This document shows, in pieces, positions 18,787 through 25,870 of a stretch of 64,000 nucleotides of DNA. The position numbers and the translations under genes were made by a program. Within the stretch, counting starts at the first letter, position 1; every line of letters begins with the position of its first letter. Source of the DNA: an uncultured Clostridia bacterium (GTDB lineage Bacteria > Bacillota > Clostridia > Christensenellales > UBA1242); the NCBI GenBank assembly GCA_947588355.1, contig CANPYI010000007.1, positions 601 to 64,600 of the forward strand, given 5' to 3'. Below the pieces are notes generated by a model, which had not been told where the DNA came from, did not search any database, and was given only the letters and a program-made list of their open reading frames with translations.

Positions 18787-19209
18787 ATGAACACAAAAGT
18801 TGAAGAAGCGAAAAAAATCAGAAATTCACTGATAAGACAAAACTTGAGATTATTTCACGAAATCCAAAGATTAACTTCCAAAGATCACAGGGTGATTGAC
18901 AAAATTGAAGAAACTCTTGGCGAAAATTACAATATGTCTTTAAAAAACAGATCAATATCTTTGGAAAATGGAATATTGTCCTTTAATGGCAAAAAAATGG
19001 ACGAAAATGCTCGAAATTTTTTGAAAAATAAAAAAGAAATCAATCAAAACACTGAAAGAGTGGACGAAGACACAAAAAAATCCAGTGAAATTTTGAAAGA
19101 TCTCAAATCAAAATTGAAAACATACCAAGAAAACAACAATAGAATTAAAGAACTTGAAAAAACAATAGCGGCAGAAAAGCCTGCCAAAATTTCAGCAAGA
19201 AATTTGTAA
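18787..19209 (+). CDS. Hypothetical coiled-coil protein (orphan; ends in the shared hairpin)
   Basis: 140 aa, Lys/Glu/Asn-rich; own TTGACA...TAAAAT promoter; inserted antiparallel between tilS and spoIIE. Confidence 0.6.
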   Translation: MNTKVEEAKKIRNSLIRQNLRLFHEIQRLTSKDHRVIDKIEETLGENYNMSLKNRSISLENGILSFNGKKMDENARNFLKNKKEINQNTERVDEDTKKSSEILKDLKSKLKTYQENNNRIKELEKTIAAEKPAKISARNL

Positions 19210-19238
19210 AAAAAGCATATCACCCGATATGCTTTTTA
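19209..19238. terminator. Shared hairpin terminator, copy T1 (GCATATC-ACCC-GATATGC)
   Basis: Stem 19215-19221/19226-19232 with flanking A and T runs; same sequence as T2-T4. Confidence 0.8.
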
Positions 19239-21530
19239 ACTTTCCAAAATCTTTACAACCAGCACCGTCATATCGTCAACCGCATAACCATTGTTGCAAG
19301 CAAGCGCACGCTGTAAAAGTTCCTCGGAAAATTCCTGAGGATTTTTTGTTTTTATAGATTTTATGCACGAAACAAGTTCGTCATCACTTTCAAAACTATC
19401 TGCAATTCCGTCAGACACCAAAATTACAAAATCTTGTGCAGAGATGACATTTTTGTTTGTGAGTGGTTTGGAATTTTCCACAATGCCGATAGGAAGCGAC
19501 CCTGTTTCCACTATTTTACACTCATCTTCACTTAAGATAAATGATTTTGGTGCAGCCATTTTAATAAAATCTGCAAGGCCGTTTCTTTCATCAATCACGC
19601 AAATGTCCATAGCACTGAAAATTTCTTCCTTGTGAAGTGCAAGCAGTTTATTTACGGTAGACAAAATAAGTTCGTTGTCAAAGCCTGCACGATAGAAGTT
19701 TTCAATAAGTGATATTGAAAGTTCGCTGGCATTTTCTGCTTTTTCGCCACTGCCCATGCCGTCACTTATCACAAACAGCAGTCTGTCGCTGTCAAGTTTG
19801 ACCACACTGTAGGTGTCACCACTGACTTTGCTGCCATTTTTTGTGTGTTGACTTACACCAAACAAGCAGTCGTATTTTGGTGCGGTGCGAAGATTAAGCA
19901 CGGTGTAGCCCGGTCGCACAGAAGAAAAACTTTCAAAAACGCTCATTTTTTTGCCACAAACTTTGCTGACAACATCGCAAATACGCAGTTTTTCCGCATC
20001 TTCGTTTCGCACAACCACTGATGTTTCCATTGTCCAAATATCCTTTTCAAAAACAACGGCGTCTATACATATTATATTGTGATAAGTCAGTTCGTCCAAA
20101 ATTTTATTTTCACGCGCCGTGTCAAAAGAAATATTTGTTTCCACTTCTTTGGAAAGTTCGCCCATAATTTTGGAAACGCCCAAAAGTTGATCGGCAATGA
20201 TGAGTTTGCTGGTGTCAACATCATGTGTCATACTGATATATTTTTTGTACTGAGCAGTCAGTGTGTTTATGCTGCCCAAAATCGCAGTTGTTTGTTTGCA
20301 ACGTGAGGTCAGATAAGACGGAATGTCCAACAGTGTTGCACGACCTTTTTCGAAAGAGATTTTTATCAGGTCATCAAACACTTTTCGCGTGCTTTCCGCG
20401 TGAGTGCGATGACAATGATTTTTTTCGGGACAAAAAGAACAAATTTTTTCGGAGATTTCCTGAAAAAGCACACCCTGAACCTCTTGCAAAGTCATGCCCG
20501 ACTTCAAAAGTCGTCTGTAAAGCAAGTTCATGTCATTGAAAATTTCACTCAAATTGCCCAAACGTTTGTGCAAGATTTCTCGATTGCGATTGACAACATT
20601 TTTCATCGCAATGCGGTCTTTTGAAAGGTTGAAAATTATGGAAACTTCCTTCATGACATTTTTTGGTAGCACAAGAAAAACAGCGCATGAAATAAGAAGC
20701 GGCAAAATTTCTATTATGCCAAACGATGTGTACAATTTGAAATAGTAGCCGATGATGATTTCTATGCACAGCAGCGAAACGACCATAAAAATGCGAAAAC
20801 GTTTTTTAAACAGCAAGCAAACAAGCGCCCAAATCAAAAATGGTGCAACAAAAATAGGGTTGTTTGTGGCAACAAGCGCGCCAATTCCGCCTATTGCCGC
20901 CACTAAAACTGTCAGAAGAGGAGTGGAACAAAATGCAAATATCAAAAGCACAAAACTCATAAAAAGTTTCAAAAAACTGAAATTTTGTATATTCAAAACC
21001 ACAAGACCGCCACAAAAAACGCCGATCACCGCAAAAAGCGAAACTGTTTCAAGAATTGTCAATTTGTTTGTAAATCCCCGAATGATAATTGCCTCAAAAA
21101 TATTCATGCACGCCAACATAAACACAACGCCCACAACAACACTGACAAGAGAAAGTATTGGCGAAAAACCATTCACGCAGTCAAATGCCACCACAGCAGT
21201 TTGGCTCAAGATGGCAAAAATTATAAATTCCCATTTTTTCATCGTTTTTTTTGCCAGAATATGTGCAAAATATGGCACAATGAGGCAAAAAACAGTCACA
21301 AGCATGCAAATAGCAAACTCCAATGTTGGCTCAAACACCACCCCTGCCAAAATATATGCCGGCACAAGCAACCAAACTTTTTGATTTGCCCACAAAAGTG
21401 CAAACAGCATTCCAAAGGCAAACGGAAAAATGACCATATTGACGCTGGCGTTGAAAAGAACAAAAAACAAGCCAAAAAACACGGCAAATTGCAAAACAAA
21501 AAGCAGATATTTGTTTATTTTCAAATTCAT
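19236..21530 (-). CDS. spoIIE: Stage II sporulation protein E (membrane PP2C phosphatase)
   Basis: About 10 N-terminal TM helices plus C-terminal PP2C domain (ISDGMGSGEKA, VLVSDGI); start at MNLKINK behind AAGAGGA. Confidence 0.88.
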   Translation of the reverse strand: MNLKINKYLLFVLQFAVFFGLFFVLFNASVNMVIFPFAFGMLFALLWANQKVWLLVPAYILAGVVFEPTLEFAICMLVTVFCLIVPYFAHILAKKTMKKWEFIIFAILSQTAVVAFDCVNGFSPILSLVSVVVGVVFMLACMNIFEAIIIRGFTNKLTILETVSLFAVIGVFCGGLVVLNIQNFSFLKLFMSFVLLIFAFCSTPLLTVLVAAIGGIGALVATNNPIFVAPFLIWALVCLLFKKRFRIFMVVSLLCIEIIIGYYFKLYTSFGIIEILPLLISCAVFLVLPKNVMKEVSIIFNLSKDRIAMKNVVNRNREILHKRLGNLSEIFNDMNLLYRRLLKSGMTLQEVQGVLFQEISEKICSFCPEKNHCHRTHAESTRKVFDDLIKISFEKGRATLLDIPSYLTSRCKQTTAILGSINTLTAQYKKYISMTHDVDTSKLIIADQLLGVSKIMGELSKEVETNISFDTARENKILDELTYHNIICIDAVVFEKDIWTMETSVVVRNEDAEKLRICDVVSKVCGKKMSVFESFSSVRPGYTVLNLRTAPKYDCLFGVSQHTKNGSKVSGDTYSVVKLDSDRLLFVISDGMGSGEKAENASELSISLIENFYRAGFDNELILSTVNKLLALHKEEIFSAMDICVIDERNGLADFIKMAAPKSFILSEDECKIVETGSLPIGIVENSKPLTNKNVISAQDFVILVSDGIADSFESDDELVSCIKSIKTKNPQEFSEELLQRALACNNGYAVDDMTVLVVKILES

Positions 21531-21625
21531 ATAAAAATCCTCTTTTTGATTGTAAAACACATTTCAAAAAGAGGAATAATCAAATTTTGTCATAAAAGGC
21601 AAAAAAATGTCACTTTTTGCATTTT

Positions 21626-22315
21626 TTAAGCAAACCGATAAAATTGCAATATGCCACAAAACAGATGATAGCAAAACTTGTGCATGTATTCTCTGTTTTG
21701 CAAAAGCAGTTCTTCATTTGGATTGGACAAAAAACCGCACTCCACCAAAATGCTAGGACACGGCGAAACGTTCAATACATAAAAATCGCCGACCTTGGAA
21801 GTGAGTTTGGCGTTATCAAAATTGTCATGCAAATTTTTTGAAACACTGTCGGCAAGCGCCTGACCACTTTCACTTCCGTCAGCATAATAAACCTGCGCAC
21901 CGCACGCCTCTGACGACGGAAAACTGTTCATGTGAATGCTGACAACAATATCTGGATTGCTGTTTTCAATCACCTGCTTGCGTTTTTCCATCTCGCTTTT
22001 CTTTTTGTTTGGCGCAAGAGGGTCATACAGCCCCGCCATACTCTCCCTTGTCATCACAACTTCAAATCCATATTGCTCGCATATGCCCGCCAACGTTTTG
22101 GCATACTCCAAATTTAAGTAACTTTCAGTTGCCTCAGTCGTCTTTCCAACCGCCCCGCCGTCCTTTCCGCCGTGCCCAGCATCAATCACAATCACATGCT
22201 CCGGCTTTGGCATAAAGGTCGGCCGAATTGCCGTGAAATACACCACCACACTTGCCAAAACAAGCAAGAAACATAAAACAATCAAAATCCACTTTCGTTT
22301 TAAAGTTAAAAACAT
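21626..22315 (-). CDS. cwlD: N-acetylmuramoyl-L-alanine amidase, CwlD-like
   Basis: 229 aa; signal-anchor then VIDAGHGGKDGGAVG, SIHMNS and LVECGFLSN amidase_3 motifs. Confidence 0.85.
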   Translation of the reverse strand: MFLTLKRKWILIVLCFLLVLASVVVYFTAIRPTFMPKPEHVIVIDAGHGGKDGGAVGKTTEATESYLNLEYAKTLAGICEQYGFEVVMTRESMAGLYDPLAPNKKKSEMEKRKQVIENSNPDIVVSIHMNSFPSSEACGAQVYYADGSESGQALADSVSKNLHDNFDNAKLTSKVGDFYVLNVSPCPSILVECGFLSNPNEELLLQNREYMHKFCYHLFCGILQFYRFA

Positions 22316-22385
22316 ATGATATTTTATGAAAATCTCACAAATTTAAGAACAAAAAGGCATTTTTATCAAATTTTTTAAAAAAGGC

Positions 22386-22412
22386 TTGACAAACGCCCCC
22401 CCGTGTTAAAAT
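22386..22412 (+). promoter_or_regulatory. Promoter of the ankyrin cassette with a C7 tract in the spacer
   Basis: TTGACA(22386-91)-15 nt including C7 (22396-22402)-TGtTAAAAT extended -10. Confidence 0.6.
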
Positions 22413-22444
22413 GACCTTGTAAACAAAATTTTTTGGAGGTATAT

Positions 22445-23449
22445 ATGAAACAAGAATTGAAAGACAGCATTTATAATCTTTTCAAACAGGCACTCTCTTT
22501 GGGAGAATTTGAACAAGCAGAGCAAATCTTAAAATCGCTTAATATAGATGATGCCATGTTAAACGCTGCAGTAGACGATCAACTGGATTTCGAATCTCCC
22601 GACATTAAAAGCATAAAATGGTTGCTTGCACACGGCGGAAACTTCAAAGATGACGCTTTATTTAAAATCGTGAGAAAAGACAGTAAAGAATTGATTGACT
22701 TGGCTTTAAAACAAGGTGTCAACATAAATGCTCAAGATGAAAATGGTCGCACGCCCTTGTTCGTTGCTGCGCTGTTTGGAAAAGCCGATATTCTTGATCT
22801 GTTACTTAAAAATGGAGCAGATCCAAATGTTAGAGACAACAGTGGCCAAACCGCGATGTTTTCTTGCGCCGCCACTTATGTTGCTTACAGCACCGAACAC
22901 GTGAAAAAGATTAAACTGCTTGCCAAAAGTGGCGCAGATGTAAATGCCAAAGATAATCAAGGCAGAACTCCAATAATGTTTGCAGACAAACATGGAGTTG
23001 AAGCATTATCTTCATTGGGCGCCGATGTAAACGCCAAAGATAATGATGGCAAAACAGCATTGCTGCATATCTTATCCACCAACGTAACCACTTCTACCAG
23101 GCAAATATTCGTGAAAGATTTCTCAGAAATAGTTCCCGCTGCAAAGATGTTGATAAAAAATGGCGCAGATGTCTTTGCAACAATAGATTGTGTGGACGAA
23201 CAAAATATCCTCTTCCAAAGAAACTTGTTTGATATTGCCAAAGACAATCATAATTTGGACGTCTTAGAAGAGATAGTTGGAAAAAATTTATATAAAAAGT
23301 TGTTTGAAGCAAGCAACCGCTTAAAATATGCTCATCAAACAGCAGAGTCTCCAACATCAAAGCTTAGTGCTACTGGAGAAAGATGTCTTGCTGTCTGCCA
23401 AGACCCGCCATCTGAACATAAAATTCAAAACAAAGATAAAACAAAATAA
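22445..23449 (+). CDS. Ankyrin-repeat protein
   Basis: At least 5 ANK repeats (GRTPLFVAALFGKADILDLLLKNGADPN, NQGRTPIMFA, GADVNAKDNDGKTALLH); ATG 22445 behind GGAGG. Confidence 0.85.
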   Translation: MKQELKDSIYNLFKQALSLGEFEQAEQILKSLNIDDAMLNAAVDDQLDFESPDIKSIKWLLAHGGNFKDDALFKIVRKDSKELIDLALKQGVNINAQDENGRTPLFVAALFGKADILDLLLKNGADPNVRDNSGQTAMFSCAATYVAYSTEHVKKIKLLAKSGADVNAKDNQGRTPIMFADKHGVEALSSLGADVNAKDNDGKTALLHILSTNVTTSTRQIFVKDFSEIVPAAKMLIKNGADVFATIDCVDEQNILFQRNLFDIAKDNHNLDVLEEIVGKNLYKKLFEASNRLKYAHQTAESPTSKLSATGERCLAVCQDPPSEHKIQNKDKTK

Positions 23450-23455
23450 AATTTT

Positions 23456-23483
23456 AAAAGCATATCACCCCGATATGCTTTTT
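23456..23483. terminator. Shared hairpin terminator, copy T2
   Basis: GCATATC-ACCCC-GATATGC + T5. Confidence 0.8.
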
Positions 23484-23500
23484 AATTGCTTTTAATTTCT

Positions 23501-23692
23501 CTACAGTCCTAACTTGACATCCAACCCGCCGTGGCCGGCATCAATAACAATCACCTTTTGCGTGTTTGGACGAAATGTCGGCTTTATGGCAGTGAAATAA
23601 ACAACGGCTGTTGCAATCGCAAGCAAAAAACAAGTCGCCAAAACAAAATATTCCTTTTTCAAAACAAAAAATCTGTGTTTTTTAGAAAACAT
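23501..23692 (-). pseudogene. Truncated 5' fragment of cwlD (copy B)
   Basis: 63 codons; ...VVYFTAIKPTFRPNTQKVIVIDAGHGG then LDVKLGL-stop; matches the cwlD N-terminus and breaks at the same point as copy C. Confidence 0.85.
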
Positions 23693-23745
23693 AAGATATT
23701 TTATTTTTCAAACATTTCACTTATAACAAAAATTTGGCACAAATG

Positions 23746-23775
23746 ATTGAAGCCCTAAATTTTTGATGATACAAT
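23746..23775 (+). promoter_or_regulatory. Promoter of the MuF-motif/DUF4926-like cassette
   Basis: TTGAAG-18 nt-TGaTACAAT extended -10. Confidence 0.5.
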
Positions 23776-23804
23776 CACCGAAAATATTATCAAAGGAGAA
23801 CATT

Positions 23805-24376
23805 ATGAATATTTTTGATTGGTTGTTTAATTGGGTCAAAAAATAATTGGTGGCTTTGGTGGGGATTTTATTCAAAAAATAAGTTTAAGCAGTTTGGATT
23901 TGGAAAAATGTAATGGAGAAGCAATATCTGATGAATTAACTAACACTTGTGAAATATGTGTCGCTTTAAACAAAACTGTTTTCAAAAGTAATAATAGTCC
24001 AACATACACACATCCCCATTGCAAATGCATTCAAATTCCAACAACTTTATCATCGCCTTCGCTCATATTTGATATGAGGAAAATAACAGATTATCTTTTT
24101 ATTGACAAAAGCAAGTCAAGAATGATAAAATCAATGGGATTTTATCCAGAAGATGCACAATTCCTATATGATTATGTATCTTTAAATGTTACAAAAGAAT
24201 TTGTAAATGGCAACTACATATTAAAGAATTTAAATAAAAATGGTCAACATTTTCAAATTAATTATAATATTAATGGTAAACGAGACCATTCAAACGAGAC
24301 TTTTCAATGCTATGCGGGTTGTATTGCATATCCAAACGGAAAAATTAAAATTGCAACACCTTTAGTAAAAATATAG
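23805..24376 (+). CDS. MuF-type zinc-motif + DUF6883-like protein, interrupted by a -1 frameshift at A6 (23838-23843)
   Basis: ATG 23805 behind AAAGGAGA stops after 13 codons; one extra A would join it to the 23831..24376 frame; CEIC..x20..HPHCKC motif; KITDYLF...GFYPED... C-terminal domain. Confidence 0.6.
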
Positions 24377-24387
24377 GAGAGATGAAC

Positions 24388-24717
24388 ATGAAACTATACG
24401 ATGATGTCAGAGTCATAAATGACAAATATGAAAACATTGGCATAAAAAAGGGCAGCCATGGTGCAATTGTTTTGGCTGAAATCCGAGGACACAGTGTGGA
24501 AGTGGAATTTTTTGATCTTCCAAAAGATGTTTTTGCTCTGCAATGCATAGACATCGAAGATTTGGAAGTGACGCATGAATCTGCGGTAACAGATGAGCAT
24601 ATTTTGGACGAACTCCCCTCACATGACAAACGATGGTGGTGCAAAGTCGAAAATGGTTACATCGTAAATTTGCTTGGTGAAAAGAAAAACAAAATGCCAT
24701 ATGATTACAATTCATAA
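24388..24717 (+). CDS. DUF4926-like small protein (candidate antidote/immunity partner)
   Basis: MKLYDDVRVINDK...GSHGAIVLAEIRGHSVEVEFFD resembles DUF4926; its AGGAGA RBS overlaps the upstream stop codon. Confidence 0.6.
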   Translation: MKLYDDVRVINDKYENIGIKKGSHGAIVLAEIRGHSVEVEFFDLPKDVFALQCIDIEDLEVTHESAVTDEHILDELPSHDKRWWCKVENGYIVNLLGEKKNKMPYDYNS

Positions 24718-24746
24718 AAAAGCATATCCCATGATATGCTTTTTTT
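24716..24746. terminator. Shared hairpin terminator, copy T3
   Basis: GCATATC-CCAT-GATATGC + T7. Confidence 0.8.
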
Positions 24747-24927
24747 ATTTCCAATACAGCCCTAACTTGACATCCAACCCACCGTGCCCAGCATCAATCA
24801 CAATAACATGCTCCGCCTTTGGCATAAATGTCGGCCGAATCGCCGTGAAATACACCACCACGCTTGCCACAACAAGCAACACACATAAAACAATCAAAAT
24901 CCACTTTTTCTTTAAGGTCAAAAACAA
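24745..24927 (-). pseudogene. Truncated 5' fragment of cwlD (copy C)
   Basis: 60 codons; MFLTLKKKWILIVLCVLLVVASVVVYFTAIRPTFMPKAEHVIVIDAGHGG then LDVKLGLYWK-stop; start codon is TTG instead of ATG. Confidence 0.9.
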
Positions 24928-25008
24928 ATGATATTTTATGAAAACAGCAGAAAAATAAGAACAAAAAGGCGTTTTTTATAAAAAATATAAAAATTTTTGA
25001 AAAAGGGC

Positions 25009-25036
25009 TTGACAAGTCCCCCCCCCGAGTTATAAT
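25009..25036 (+). promoter_or_regulatory. Promoter of the third cassette with a C9 tract in the spacer
   Basis: TTGACA(25009-14)-16 nt including C9 (25018-25026)-TATAAT(25031-36); paralogous to the 22386 promoter. Confidence 0.65.
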
Positions 25037-25069
25037 GATCGCGAAAATTGAAAATGAAGGAGAAAAATT

Positions 25070-25693
25070 ATGAAATTTGAAAACGAAATTTATATGGTTG
25101 TTAATAAAAGCAACCTTGCACAAGGTGGAACAACAAAAATAGGAGCAGACGACGACCTTCTTGAAATCGAAATCCAGAATGATTACAATATGGGACACTT
25201 CCGCACAAAATGTTCATTAAGTGACCTTATTGGGCTACTAAAAATTTGGGAATTCGACTTCAAAACTCAAACACCAAATTGTTTTTCTCGTGAACCAATA
25301 ATTATTTTAGATCCTAATGATACTGAAAATATAGCAAGACGGCAAGAAAATCAGAAAATAGATTACAGTTTAAAAAGTTCTAAAGTTGAAAAATTTTTGA
25401 GTTGCTGGGATGGCAGTATAACAATTCAATTCGGAGAACAAAAATATTTAATCGCATTTCCTGCTAAAGATTTGTCCAATGATTTTCAAAGTGTTGTAAA
25501 AGATTTAAAAGATAAATCTGTTGAATTTAAAGAAAATGTTAATCTTCGCCCCTCACTCACGATCACTGGAGATGATTGTTTTGAAAAATTTATTAATTTA
25601 TCGCTAGAAACTCAAGAAAGACTAGAGAAAAGAGTGGCTGAAAGCAAAGGCAAAAGCGGAAATAAACACAAATCCAGAGAAAAAGAAAAATAA
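25070..25693 (+). CDS. Hypothetical protein (orphan cargo of the third module)
   Basis: 207 aa, no recognisable motif, Lys-rich tail; AAGGAGA RBS. Confidence 0.6.
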   Translation: MKFENEIYMVVNKSNLAQGGTTKIGADDDLLEIEIQNDYNMGHFRTKCSLSDLIGLLKIWEFDFKTQTPNCFSREPIIILDPNDTENIARRQENQKIDYSLKSSKVEKFLSCWDGSITIQFGEQKYLIAFPAKDLSNDFQSVVKDLKDKSVEFKENVNLRPSLTITGDDCFEKFINLSLETQERLEKRVAESKGKSGNKHKSREKEK

Positions 25694-25703
25694 ATTTTCA
25701 TTT

Positions 25704-25734
25704 AAAAAAGCATATCACCCGATATGTTTTTTTT
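25704..25734. terminator. Shared hairpin terminator, copy T4 (slightly decayed)
   Basis: GCATATC-ACCC-GATATG + T8. Confidence 0.7.
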
Positions 25735-25870
25735 GTGGTCGTTACGTATAATTTTGCGTGGAGATTTGTTATGGGTGTTTTTACATGATTTGATGGCTCT
25801 GTGTAAGATTGTGGTTTGAGTTTGTTAAAAAATTTGGCGGATTTATGAAAAATGTGATAAAATGATATAT

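Noticed and set aside
19209-25734. CRISPR array or integron (attC) interpretation of the four repeated hairpins.
   Set aside because: The repeats are 1-4 kb apart with whole genes between them, so this is not a CRISPR array. The hairpins are simple 7-bp stem terminators without the R''/L''-L'/R' attC architecture. The neighbouring GTTAGGG/GTTAGGA does not fit the GTTRRRY core, and no intI-like integrase is present.
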